Assembly (NCBI RefSeq): GCF_000143415.4
Contig: NW_003314272.1
Location: 406,184 to 470,183 of the forward strand
Reading direction: 5' to 3'
From: Selaginella moellendorffii
Taxonomy: Eukaryota > Plantae > Lycopodiophyta
Length of the DNA stretch: 64,000 nucleotides
Below are positions 51,160 through 64,000 of the stretch, piece by piece. Every line of letters starts with the position of its first letter. Within the stretch, counting starts at the first letter, position 1. The position numbers and the translations under genes were made by a program. The notes under the pieces were generated by a model that saw only the letters and a list, made by a program, of their open reading frames with translations, did no database searches and was not told where the DNA came from.

Positions 51160-54100
51160 AACGCTATACCATTTTGTCTAGGCTTATTATTAAAGACTTG
51201 GGTTGCAATGCTTAATTCTTTTCCGGGGAACTTTGCTATTGCTCCTTGAGTAGCTTGGTGTTAGATTAGTTTTGAGTTTTGTCGGAAAGAGAATGGCATA
51301 AGTTTATTCATGTTATGAACAAAAGTTAGTGGTGTTGGGTATTGTAAATCTTTATCGGTGGAGTGTGGCTTTTATATTGCATTTTGTCAAATGTATAGTG
51401 CACATGGTTTTGACCTTTATCTTATGGTGATTTACCATAGGATCACACCATGTAGTGGAACCTAAACCCTCTTTATGCCATGTGACACATGCCATGTGTC
51501 ATATGCCATGTGTCCAAAGGATAGTGGTGCAGAACCCGAGGTTCAGGGCCTTAGGCCACTGAATGAAGGAATGGTGCCAAACTCCCAAGCATGGAGCCAA
51601 GGAGTGACAGAACTAGACCACGGAGCAAATCCTGAGCATATAGCCCAAGGAGCAAAGGGAAAAGAGCCCGAAGTGACTTGGAACAGTCCTAGAGTAACCA
51701 GCATCCCAATGCTAGGACCAGCACACAAAATGGAGCCAAACAGAGTCTGGCATCATTTCGGCATATTAGTGGCCTAACACGAGGACATGACCACCAACTA
51801 GCATGGAATGGAACTTGGGATTAGACCCAAGCCAACATAAAACAAAGACAAGCATGCAAGCGGGAGCTAGACTATGCCTCAAATTGTTCAGCCATGCCCG
51901 ACCTACCCACTATCCTTACTATACATTTGGAACCCCCCCCTCTTGACGGACACATGCTTTGGGCTTTCACCCCAAGCCTCCTTTAGTATTAGAAGTTAGT
52001 CTCTGGGACAAGCTTAAAACTTACTAAATATGGAATGGCACAAAATTGCGAATTTAGAGACGGGACAAACACCATTCTGTTCAAAACAATTTCTACATTT
52101 TGTAGATGTGCCAAATGAGGGAATCTAGACACTTTCCATAAATAGCATTTATGACCGAAATGATATTAACACAAAGGGCATGATAGCGAGGGTGTTTGGC
52201 AGACACAGTAAGCTATCATCCAGCGATATTGAGGGAATAGTCTCAATATACGAGGGTTTTTGTCAAGCCAATGCAAGACAGAGCAAAAAAGAACTAAAAA
52301 GCCAAGCCAAGTATGCTTGGCTAAATAGACACTTAGGAATTCCGTCCTTATGCTCATTCGGCCAAGTACAGATGCAAAATCTAGTTTACTAACACTTGAA
52401 CAAGAGGGGCCAATAAAGGGAACCAGCAATACCGAACTCCTACCATCGTGGCAGTAAGGAAAGAGTGTCCGTAAGGACTGGTTGACAGGTAACTTTTGAT
52501 ACTTGAAGTCACATTTGAGACACTTTCCCACCCTAGGGAAGATCGACGTCCTCGTCAATGCATACTCCAGTCTAAAATACTGCCAAGGAAACAACTCCAG
52601 AAAAAGTTCATAGTATTCACACTATGTAAGAAATACACCAACTTAAATGAGTTAGGAGGCAACCTCTTTGTGTAATGCAGATGCGCTACCAACTCAGACA
52701 CCTTCCGACCATCGCTGACAAAGAAATGACCAACAGAGTCAGCCACCCTTGCTGCTCTGGGTGTCACCCAACTTACAAAAGTGTGATACGCCCCTGCCCG
52801 CAGGGATATAAAGAGAGAAGTCAAAGGCCCTAACCCTCCTGAGCAAAGAAACCAAACCTGTTGGTAAGGTTTAAATAGATTATTGTAAACAGGCAGTTAG
52901 AGTTGTTTACACGGTCATGCCCTTTTAACAAAATAAGGACATCAACAAAGAGGCAGGTGATGTGACCACTTGACAGTAGCTACCCCATGACTAAAGATTT
53001 CACCATGCACACGAAGTGCCAAAGCTAGTCTGCCTATACTAGCCCAAATTCAAAAATCAATACATGGACAATATCAAAGTCAAAGACAATGATATCTTAG
53101 AAACTTAATTATTAGTGTATAAATCTTAAATTAGAACACAAAAGTATTCTAAGTAAGTTATCATCTGATAAACTAGTAGTATAGGATAGGAACCATCAAG
53201 ATCACTATCATTGAAAAACATAGGATTCACTATCGAACAAAATTCAATAGCAAGTATTTCATCAAGTAAACTCAATGAGAAAACTTAACTACCGAATATT
53301 GTAAACAATACACCAAACAACTTACTAAAGATAACTCAAAGAACAAAAAGTATCATTGACTGACAAACACAATACTCACGAATGTATCACCTAAAGGAAA
53401 TAATATCCAAATCTATCAAAACTAACTTGAGCAACAATCAACAGAATAGAATGAATGCAGTAAGACTAATAAACACTCATTCATGCCAATTATCACACTA
53501 GATAATTTGAATATATCCTAGTTAACAATACCAAGGAACCATAGTTGCTCAAGCAAGTGCCAGCAACATTCTATTTATGTCTCAAACCCAAGAGACCAAT
53601 CCAAAGCAAACCACAAAAAACATGTGATATTGTGAAAAGCCATAAGCCACCAAGGAGAACCAATAACTATCATGAAAGATCATCAGTCATCCCATCAAAA
53701 GGAGATGCATAATCATCGGCGAAAAAAGAATCCACCATCCCGAAGAATAGCGAATCATTCTAGATCAACAATAATCAAGCAAAACCTTTGACAAGGATAA
53801 TCAATTATCTTAGATGATAGTCAATAATCACCAATGATTGCCAGATGCAAAAACCAACTTCAACATTGAAGTTAATAAGCCAAAATGCCTTCCCCAACAA
53901 CTCTTAGCAAATGGAACAATGAGCATAAAAACTCAAGGAACTAAAAGCTTGAAGAAGCTTATAGCTAAGTCGTGCTTAGCAATGATCATAAGTCTTGCAT
54001 GAACTAACTTCAATAAAGAAGAAATCATGGTACAACCTATAATATCCTCTTCAACACATCCATAAGCTAAATTTCATAATGCCAAAGCTAATGAAAAGTA

Positions 54101-57100
54101 TATCTGCATCAATCCAAAAGCTAAGCACAATGAAACTATGCTCAACAAGTGATCACTAAACGATCCTCTATAAATCCATCTATAGCAAGATATAACTCAC
54201 TTTATAACAAGCATAAAAAGAATCATCAATGATCAATATATTCAACTCAAATCCAATAAAGAATAAAATATTCCAATATCAATCACTAACTCTTCATTTT
54301 GTAAAGCTAACATGGTCAACAACTAAATCACTTTTCAAGGAAAAGCTAGAGCTCAACCCCTACTAAATAATCTCGTCTAAAACATAACTAACTCAACTTG
54401 CCACTTAGTTCATTTGAACGTCAATACAATTGCTAATTAGCAAATGCACGAATGCTAATAACACAAAGCTACAACCAAATTATCAACACTATCTTCATCA
54501 AGATTAATAAAACTCAAAATCAAGCTCTAAGGAGAATTCCTCATCACTTAAAATAACAATACCACTTCCACTAACACAAGTGTTAGCAATGTCAATGCTT
54601 CAACTACACACCTTCTTCATCCAACAATCTACTCCAAGTGCTAACGGATCAACCGATGAGCTATAGCAAATGAATGCTATAACCCTTTTCTAACACCTTA
54701 TGGGCAAACCCTCAAGAAACAGGGTACCAACTTAAACTTAGCATAATGGACCACCATCGAGAATTCAGTCAAAGCTACTACAATGCTATTACTTGTAAGT
54801 AGATTAGCTTCACCATCAGCTACTTTGGGGTTGATCATCATTTAACCAAACAACTTTGTAAATACATTGCTTATTATCACATGGATATAATATAAGTATC
54901 ACAATGACTTGATCATCAATCAAGCAACACAAGAAATGTCAACGTCATTACTTCAAAGGTTTATATGAATATCAAGTGCCAACTTGATTCGATAAATTGC
55001 AACATAAATGCCACACTCCACCGATAGAGATTTACAACACTTAATACCATTAACTTTTGTCCACAACATGGACAAACTCATGCCACTCTCTTTCAGACCA
55101 AACTCAAAATTAATCCAACACCAAGCTACTCAACGAGCAATAGCAAGGTTCCCCAGAAAAGAATTAAGCATTGCAACCCAAGTCTTTAATAGCAAGCTTA
55201 GACAAAATGGTTTAGCGTTTCATCGCTATCCATCCCATGACTCACCATTTACAAGACTGTCATTTCCAACATGCATCAAGGTAGGAACTCTTGATTGCAT
55301 GATGTGAACATGAGCAATGAGTCACACCTCATTGCAAATCATCTCTCCAAAAAAAGAAGATAATTTACATGTTTGATCCTTCATCCCTGACGACTCTCTT
55401 TTTGGTCTCATCTTTGACTAAACCTTAAACTTGCTTTCACACTGCCTTCAATCCAATCCAAGAAAAGTTTATGAGAGAGTACGGCAATGACTATTTGAAC
55501 CAATAGGCTAATCCCTACAATCTTGATTTATCCACTTGTAATCATGCCTAGGAAGGATCCACTAGTGCTATGCTTAATAGCTACGGACCAGCTTATTTGC
55601 CACTTATAGCAAACCCATAGAATAACTCACGGAACCATTGGAACAACTTATGGAACCACCGATATGCTAACATTAATCTTGCCAACTCAAATTGTAATCT
55701 TGAGTTGCTAATGTGCCTTACTCACGAGCCCAAGCTCAAACTCATGCAAAATGGTACAACTCAATCCCTCTTATAAGCCCAAGAGCAAGCTCACATTATT
55801 ACGGTACAAAAGGTAACCAAATCCATACCTAAGGAATGAATGCGAAGCCTTTGCACCAAAACGTGTACCCACTCGAATCATTGTTTTCATCTCTGCGTAT
55901 GCAACAAGACTAGTTGCCCAATCTCATTGAATAGTACTTGTTGAGACTCATTCTCTGATACCAAATGTAGTGCACGTGGTTTTGACCCATTATCCTATGG
56001 TGATTTACTATAGGATAACACTATGTAGTGGAATCTAAACCCTCTTTATGCCACGTGACACATGCCATGTGTCATATGCCATGTGTTCAAAGGACAATGG
56101 TGTGGAACCCGAAGTTCAGGGCCTTAGGCCACTGAACGAAGGAATGGTGCCAAATTCCCAAGCATGGAGCCAAAGAGTGACAGAACCAGACCACGGAGCA
56201 AATCTTGAGCATATAGCCCAAAGAGCGAAAGGACAGGAGCCTGGAGTGACTTGGAATAGTCCTAGAGTAACTAACATCCCAATGCCAGGACTAACACGCA
56301 AAACGGAGCCAAACGGAGTCTGGCGTCATTTTGGCATATCGGTGGCCTAACGTAAGGACATAGGTACTCCACCAGCTAGCATGGAATGGAACTTGGGCTT
56401 AGACCCAAGCCAGACGCAGAACAAAGATAAGCACGCAAGTGGGAGCTAAACTATGCCTCAAGTTGGATCTAGAGACTTTCTATAAATATCATTTATGACC
56501 GAAATGAGACTAACACAAAAGGCATGATAGCAAGGGTGTTTAGTAGACACAATAAGCTGTCATCCAGTGATATTGAGGGAATAGTCTCAATATGCAAGGG
56601 TTCTTGTCAAGCCAGTGCAAGACAGAGCAATAAAGAACTAAAAAGCTAGGCCAAGTATGATTAGCTAAATAGACACTTAGGAATTCCGTCCTTATGCTCA
56701 TCCGGCCAAGTATAGATGCAAAGTCCAGTTTACTAACACTTGAACAAGAGGGGCCAATAAAGGGAACTAGCAATACCGACCTCTTGCCATCATGGCCATA
56801 AGGAAAGAGTGTCCGTAAGGATTGGTTGACAGGTAACTTTCGATACCCGAAGTCACATTCAAGACAAAATTGAGTTGGCACTTAATAGTCATATAAACCT
56901 TTGAAGTAATGACATGAATGTTGCTTGTAATGTTTCTCAATTGATGATCAAGTATTTGTGATTTTTAAATCATATCTATGTGTTAAGGAGTAATGTGTTT
57001 ATGAAGTTGTTTGGGTAAACAATGATAACCCCAAGGTGGTTGATGTTGAAGCTAGTCTACTTACATATAGTAATATTGATGTACTCTTGACTGAATTCTC

Positions 57101-58320
57101 GATAATGGTCCATTATGCTAAGTTTAAGTTGGTACCTTGTTTCCATAAGAGTTTGCATATTAAAGTGTTGGAAAGGGTTATAGCATTCACTTGCTTTGTT
57201 TATTTGTTAGCACTTGGAGTAGATTGTTGGATGGAGAAAATGTGTAATTAAGGCATTGACATTGCTAACACTTGTGTTAGTAGAAGTGGCATTATTATTT
57301 TAAGTGATGAGGAATTTTTCTTATACCTTGATTTTCATGTCATTTTTTTTGTTAGTGTTTTGGCTTCACATTGGATCTTGAAGGTGGTTGAAAAAGAGTG
57401 TTAATGCAATGTGGATATCCAAAGATATAGTCTTTGTGATCAAGCCTTAGATGTTTATTTTGCATTTTGTAGATGTCAGTGTTGGATTTGGAGATATGGT
57501 TATAATGTTCGATGCTTAAGCATGCTATTGGGTCATGAGAATTTGTGTTGAGGTGAACCTGTATAAAGTTGTAAATAGGAGGAAGTTGGTTGAGTCTTGA
57601 AAGTTTGCATTCCTGGACTGAGAATCATTCTTTCTCTCGGATGGAAAACTTTTCTACAAATTTTCTTTGACTTATCCAATGGCTGATATATTGATCATTT
57701 TGCTCGAAAACTATTCAATTTTCATAAGCCAGTACAAACTAGTGAAAAGGTTGGAATTGACTTCGGTTAGCTTAGACTTTAGTATGTAGTTTATATGATG
57801 CGGCCCAAAAGGGATACTTACTTTTGGGAATAAGGCAATTGAGTTGAATAGAGTTTGGAGTTGATGTAGAAAAGTGGCTATTACAATTTTTTAGAAATGT
57901 GACTTTTGTGCTTTTTTTTTCTATAGCATTATAATTGGCTGAGGATGCTGATATCTAACTTAGTTGTTTGAGGTTAAGATGTTAATACCTATACTAGAGC
58001 TTTGTCTATGGGAAGGTTGTGTACAAATATGAGTTCATCTCATGGTCTTCACTTTTGTTTCGATGAAGTGTTGATCATTTATATCTAACATCTTCAAGGC
58101 ATACTCAAAGTTGTTGGCTAAATGTATTGGTGAGGTTATTGCGGTTGAGTTGGATTCAAGTGATCATTTAGTTTGTGCTTGTTTATGAACCTTTATCTCA
58201 TACCTAGGGTATCACGTTCATGTTGGATAAGTATATGACTCGATGGCAAAAGTTTAGTGTTTGGGTCTTGTGAAGGCAAGTTGAAAAGTGATTGTTAGTT
58301 GCTTTGCGATTAGTGATTAC
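51160..58320 (+). mobile_element. Family-B internal remnant acting as host for the insertion at 51394-56866
   Basis: 51180-51393 and 56867-57330 are contiguous reverse complements of ~55210-54530. The distal part is less certain. Confidence 0.65.
51394..56866 (-). mobile_element. Complete non-autonomous family-B LTR element
   Basis: LTRs 51394-52522 and 55966-56866 (the second has an internal deletion). PPT 52523-52534; PBS just left of 55966. Near-TSD AAATG/AAATT. The 3.4 kb interior has no gag/pol. Confidence 0.88.
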
Positions 58321-59146
58321 TGTTGCGAATATGACTTCGGGTATCAAAAGATACTTGTCAGCCAGTCCTTACGGACACTCTCTCCTTACTACCACAACAG
58401 CAAAAGGTCAGTACTGTTGACACGGTGATGAGAAATTCATGATGTTAGCTTGCACTTGCTAGTGTTGGGAACCCCCTTGATATTGAAACTAGTCCCTCAA
58501 TATTCACTAGATGATAGCTTACCATGTCTGCCAAACACCCTCGCTATCATGCCCTTCATGTTAGTCTCATTTCGGTTATAAATGCTATTTATGGAAAGTG
58601 TCTAAATTCACTCATTTGGTATATCTATGGAATATAAAGGTTTGCCTAAACACAATGGTGTTTGTCCCATGTCCAAATTCGCAAGATAGGGACATCCCAT
58701 ATTTAGTAAGTTTTGAGCTTGTCCCAGAGACTAACTCTTGGTACTAAGGGAGGCTTGGGGTGAAAACCCAAAGCATGTGTTCCTCAAGGGGGTGGGGTGT
58801 GGGGGACTGTGGGGGTTCAAATGTATAGTAAAGATAGTGGTTGGAATGCATGTTTGACCACCTAAGACATTAGTTTGGCTTCCGTTGGGCTGTATCACTC
58901 CTTGTTCTGTGTCCGGCTTGGGTCTAAGCCCAAGTTCCATGCTGCTCCAGTCGGTGGGGTACCCTCCTCCTCGCGTTAGGCCATTGGTATGCCAAAATTG
59001 TGTTAGACTCTGTCTGACACCATCTTGCGTGCAGATGCTGGATATGGGGAGCTAGTGCTCGTGGGATTGTACCAGACCTCGTTTCGTAGTGCAACGGGCT
59101 TGGAGTTTGGCACCAAATTTAGGTGCGCTACATTTGGTATCAGAGC
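58321..59146 (+). mobile_element. Family-B-related 5' LTR (58321-59132) plus tRNA-iMet PBS (59135-59146)
   Basis: TGTTGCGAATATGAC...GTGCGCTACA, then tt, then TGGTATCAGAGC. Confidence 0.9.
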
Positions 59147-59329
59147 ATTGTCTCAGCAATTCCTATCCAACTTTTGTTGGATTCTCTGACTCAAATTGCA
59201 GTTTCAGAGACTTTTCTAGTAGATCTAAAGAGATTTGTGTAGGATTAGTTGGATTGCACCATTCGATAAGAATGTTGTATGTATGTTCAGTTACTGATAC
59301 AAGCATGCATACAGCTAGCGAGATGGTGA

Positions 59330-60900
59330 AACAGAACCGTGCTAATGATGCTGAAACCTCTAAATGGGCAAATTGAGAGGAGGAAACTCCTGCTGGAGAT
59401 GCTGCAATAGAGGCAGAGGCTGAGTCAGAAGAGGAAGAGCCAAATGCTGTGGCACTGCAGCGTACGGCTCAGGAAGCCGAGATCGAGAATTTGCAAAGGG
59501 AGATTCGCAAATTGAAGAAGGAGAACAAGAAAAGGAAGAAAGAAGCTGAGGCAGCTAAACCTAAGCAACCAGACTCCTCTTCAAGTTTTGAGGACGATGA
59601 AGTTCTGCAACCACCTCCGGTTGCATGAGTGTCAAAGTTCAAGCCTCCGAAACCACCCAACTTCAGAGGCATGCAGGACTATCAAGTTTTGGAAGATTGG
59701 GTCTACGATATGGAAAACAATTTTATAGCGGCAGACGTAGATGATCCTACAAAAGTTGCATGCGCGCAATCCTTTCTCATCGATCATGCCAAAACTTGGT
59801 GGCACCAAGTGTGTGCTGAAAAAGGGCCGACTAAAAGTTGGACCAAGATGCAATCTCGTATCCATAAGGAATACTTGCCAAATGATCTTGGTTTAAGACT
59901 TCATTCAAAGATGTAGCGGTTAAAGTAGCGAGGGGACCTCATGCATTACATTAATGCGTTTGCTTAGAAGCGCATTATAATTGCAAATATAAGTGATGAA
60001 GATGCTCAAAATTATTTCCTAGAGGGTTTAAGTTCACTTTCTCTTAATGAGATTTTGAAGTTTAAGCCAAAGACATACCTAGAGTGTAAGGAGGTAGCGC
60101 AGCAAGTTGCCTTTAGTCACTCGCTCATGGAACAATATCAGCAGCCATATGCTGGTACCTTAGACAAGAATAAGAATTCTGGGAATAAACAAGGTGATCG
60201 GAAATAGAGGGTGGAAGGCAGGTTCCACCCTGGAGGCTCACAAGCAATGGTTAACAAAGGTGGTCAAGGGTGGAGACCACTAGCAGCTTCTTCTGGTCCT
60301 AGGCCCTTTGTTCCTCCTCCTAGTGGGTACAAGCAGTAGCAACCTGCAAAACCTGCTCCTATTGGAACGGGTAGTGTGGGTCATTGCTTCCATTGTGGAG
60401 AATTAGGACTTAGGTCCTCGGAATGTCTCAACAAGCATAAGACAAAGTTTTGCGTTAATATCATGAGGGAAGACGGTGGTGGTGAAGCTGAAAGGGTTGA
60501 TGAGTTGGTCAATACAGACTATGAGGAAGAGGAGGTGAGTTACTTTCGTTGCTTTCCTTAAGCTTTTCTTGCAGTCAATGCAAACACTGATCCGTTAATG
60601 TATCTAGTAGGCTTTGTCCACGGACACTGAATCTGAGTGATGATTGACTTGGGAGTTACGCACAAGGTGATATCCGAAGACTTAGTTAAGTTGTTAGGAT
60701 TGAATGCTGAGCAAATGTCGCCTATGTACTTCTGGTTTGCGGAAGGTGGGCAAGTAGCCAGAAAGTTTGTGAGTGATGTTCCAATAAAAATATCCAAGTG
60801 GAAAAAAAGAGTGGACTTGGTAATGTTGAAGATACCAGATTTTCAAATGGTGTTTAGTATAGATTTTTCAACAAATATATAAAAGGGATTTATGGTGCTG
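59330..60900 (+). pseudogene. Ty3/gypsy gag and protease, degenerate
   Basis: FKPPKPPNFRG...LEDWVYDME...HAKTWW; CFHCGELGLRSSEC knuckle; MIDLGVTH (DSG-like). Confidence 0.88.
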
Positions 60901-60949
60901 GACAAAGTCGTATCACGTTGAAGTCGGAAGGACATCCCGATGTGTCCTT

Positions 60950-61184
60950 TGTTATGATCCGGCGCAAAAAGATAGAGATCTAGTCGCCCTAGACTATGCA
61001 ACGCCACCTCTTGAGGTTCCTCACCACCCAACCACCCCCGAGCTACCTCAAAAGCTCCATTGCACTACTGCTCCACTATGAGCCCTAGGGTAGGTTTTTT
61101 GTCCCTTACCCTAACATGCCTTAATATACCCTTGAGTCTCCCTTTGATTGATGTTGACCACGTGGTCAAAGCTAATGCCTAACA
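60950..61184 (-). mobile_element. Short (235 bp) 3' LTR of another Ty3/gypsy element
   Basis: TGTTA...TAACA. PPT (ttcttccccccc on plus strand) adjoins at 61185. Confidence 0.75.
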
Positions 61185-61258
61185 ATTCTTCCCCCCCAAC
61201 AAAGTCCTTATCCCAAGGACGAGTTGTACCGGTGATCACCCTTTCTGGGGAACCCTGC

Positions 61259-61830
61259 TTAAGCTCCTGGTCCATCTTCTACAGCCATATATATCAAGGA
61301 GGCATTGGACTCATCACTCCGAGATAGTACACCTTTCAACTGGCTGACATAAAATACCGGATGAATTTTCACCCCAGCTGGCAGTCGCACCCGATAAGCT
61401 GCTTTACCAATGCGCTCCAGCACTTCATATGGACCAGCACATCGATAGAAAAGTTTATCACTCTTCCCTGTCTGTAAAGGCACCAGTGTTCCGCCACTCA
61501 CTTGAAAAAAAGATCACTCGCACACAGACATGATCACCCACTTTATATTCCCGGAATTGGCGATGCTCATTGGCAAACTTCTCTGCTCTATCCTGAGCTG
61601 CTTGCAAATTCCATTTGCACACCACCAGAATCTCATCAAGTTCTGTGGCCAGATCAGTTGCCTCGGAATCAAGCTTATCTTGATTGTCCTTACTTAAATG
61701 CAATCCCAACTCCACCTCTGTTCGAGGATGCCTTCCAAACATGGCAAAGTAAGGACTTAGCTTGGTTCCACTGTGTTGGTTATTATTGTAAGCAAATTGC
61801 ACTAACGGAAGATATAAATCCCATTATCTT
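61259..61830 (-). pseudogene. Ty3/gypsy integrase C-terminal region
   Basis: QFAYNNNQHSGTKLSPY; GPYEVLERIGKAAYRVRLP..IHPVFYVSQLK (GPY/F motif). Confidence 0.9.
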
Positions 61831-61862
61831 TGCATTTGACCAATGCTACAACATAGCATATC

Positions 61863-64000
61863 TGTGAGACACAAAATCCCTAGGCCCCAAAGTGGAGCCG
61901 AAAGGGTGCCACGTGGTAACGGCCGAAGCGAAAGCCAAACAAACGTAACACTTTTGGATTGAAAGCTCTGACTTGAAAGGTTGAGAGCGGGAGTGGAACT
62001 CCCAACAAAGTGCTCGAGGAACAAGCATGAAGCAAGCAATAAGCGAGGCTCCAAAAAGGGACCCAAAAGAACCAAAACATGACACATGGAAGTGTCTGAG
62101 ATGGAGTCCGAGATGGACCCGAGTTGGAGTCTGAGGTGGAGTCCGAGACGGAGTCCGAGATGGAGTTTGAGATGAAGTCTGAGATGGACCGAGACAGAGT
62201 CCGAGAGGGATCCGAGATGGAGTCCGAGATGGACCCAAGATGGAGTCCGAGATGGACCCGAGATGGAATCCGAGATGGAGTCCGAGAAGGACCCGAGATG
62301 GAGTCCGAGGTCGAGTGTCGCGAATGTGACTTCGGGTATCAAAAGTTACCTGTCGGCCAGTCCTTACAGACACTCTTACCTTACTGCCACGACGGCAGGA
62401 GGTCGGTATTGTTGGACCCGTTATTAGTCTCCGCCTAAGCTAGTTGAGAAACTGGTCCTCGCGTGTGCACTTGACCAGATGGGCATAAGGACGGAATTCC
62501 TAAGTGCTATTAGTCAAGCATACTTGACCTGGTTAGAGAAACTCATTCGTTGACTTGCACTTGCTAGTGTTGGGAACCCCCGCGATATTGAGCTTGGTCC
62601 CTCAACATCGCTAGATGATAGCTTACCGTGTCTGCCAAACACCCTCGCTCTCATGCCCTTTGTGTTAGTCTCAATTCGTCCCAGATGCTATTTATGGAAA
62701 GTGTCCAGATTTGCTTATTTGGCATATCTACGGAATGTAGAGATCGTCCTGAACACAATGGTGTTCGTCCCGTGTCCAAATTCGCAATCTAAGGACATTC
62801 CATATTTAGTAAGTTTTGAGCTTGTCCCAGAGACTAACTCCTGATACTAAGGGAGGCTTGGGGTGAAAGCCCAAAGCGTGTGTTCCTCAAGGGGGGGGGG
62901 CTATGGGGGGTTCCAAATGTATAGTAGGGATAGTGGGTAGGTCGGGCATGGCCGACTAACCTGAGGCATAGTCTAGCTCCCGCTTGCGTGCCTGTCCTTG
63001 TTCTGCGTCCGGCTTGGGTCTAAGCCCAAGTTCCATTCCATGCTAGCTGGTGGAGTACCCATATCCTCACGTTAGGCCACTGGTATGCCGAAATAGCGCC
63101 AGACTTCGTTTGGCTCCGTTTTGCGAGCTGGTCCTGGCATTGGGATGCTGGTTGCTCCAGGACTGTTCCAAGTCGCTCTGGGCCCCTGTCCCTTCGCTCC
63201 TTGGGCTGTATGCTCGGGAGTTGCTCCGTGGTTCGGTTCCATCACTCCTTGGCTCCATGCTTGGGAGTTTGGCACCGTTCGTTCGTTCAGTGGCCCAAGG
63301 CCCTGAACCTTGGGTTCCTATGGACACGTGGCATGGACACGTGGCATGTGACATGTGGCATCTGTCACGTGGCACAAAGAGGGTTTAGGTTCCGCTTCGT
63401 GGTGTTATCCTATGGTAAATCACCATAGGATAAAGGGTCAAAACCACGTGCGCTACATCGAGACCGAGACCGAGACCGAGACCAAGACCGAGACCGAGAC
63501 CGAGATCAATACCGAGACCGAGACCGAGGCCGAGGCCAAGTCCGAGCCCGAGCTCGAGCCCGAGGCCGAGCCCGAGTCTGAGCCCGAGCCTGAGCCTGAG
63601 TCCGAGTCCGAGTCCGAGTCCGAGTCCGAGTCTGAGTCCGAGCTCGAGCCCAAGCCCGAGCCCGAGCTTGAGCCCGAGTGCGAGTGCGAGTCCGAGTGCG
63701 AGTCCGAGTTCGAGTTCGAGTCTGAGAGGGTGAAAACCCAAAGCGTTCATCTCCCAGACCCTGGGGGGTTTGGTGAGCTCCAAAAGTATAGTAAGGGGGA
63801 GGACTGCAGTGGAGCCAGTTTGGCCATGAAAGGCCAATTTGGCCCAGGAAGGCTGTAGCTAGTGTTGGGTGATGAGCTACCCACTGGGAAGTCCAAGACT
63901 AGAGTGAACACAGACCGACAAGCGGGGTAGCTTGGTGAAGTGTTCAAGAGCCGGCTCTAGTTCCCCCGGGAGATCGACTGGCCGATGCTCCCAACCCAAG
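61863..64000 (+). mobile_element. Family-A LTR (runs off window), interrupted by a family-B solo LTR
   Basis: TGTGAGACACAAAATCCC start; colinear with 30699-31780. Confidence 0.92.
62316..63457 (+). mobile_element. Family-B solo LTR, young
   Basis: TGTCGCGAATG...GTGCGCTACA with perfect TSD TCGAG (62311-62315 and 63458-63462). Confidence 0.97.

Overview
Eukaryotic, almost certainly land-plant, heterochromatin-type window made of nested transposable elements. Tcn1-like chromoviruses and 45-63 bp introns suggest a seed-free plant such as a lycophyte or bryophyte (inference). No host gene is recognisable. It contains decayed Ty3/gypsy chromovirus pieces and three recurring LTR families, named here A, B and C. 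These include an intact young family-A element (40700-48829, TSD CACTA) and two solo LTRs with perfect TSDs. Two ~10 kb DNA-transposon-like insertions are the main interest. Element 2 (29102-39497, 8-bp TSD) is a MULE-type element with a GCM/WRKY-like + DDE + SWIM transposase and a divergent second gene fusing a ParB/Srx-like domain to an N4C/N6A-type DNA-methyltransferase fold. Element 1 (~16555-26447, unclassified) carries a distantly similar ParB-like + methyltransferase-like gene that appears spliced onto an FCP1/NIF-type HAD phosphatase domain. Element 1 also has about 16 copies of a 22-bp palindrome, ATGGCRTG-N6-CAYGCCAT, several sitting inside ~50-bp introns. Together these suggest a possibly undescribed transposon-encoded self-recognition or anti-silencing system (hypothesis). 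All calls were made by eye; no database searches were run.
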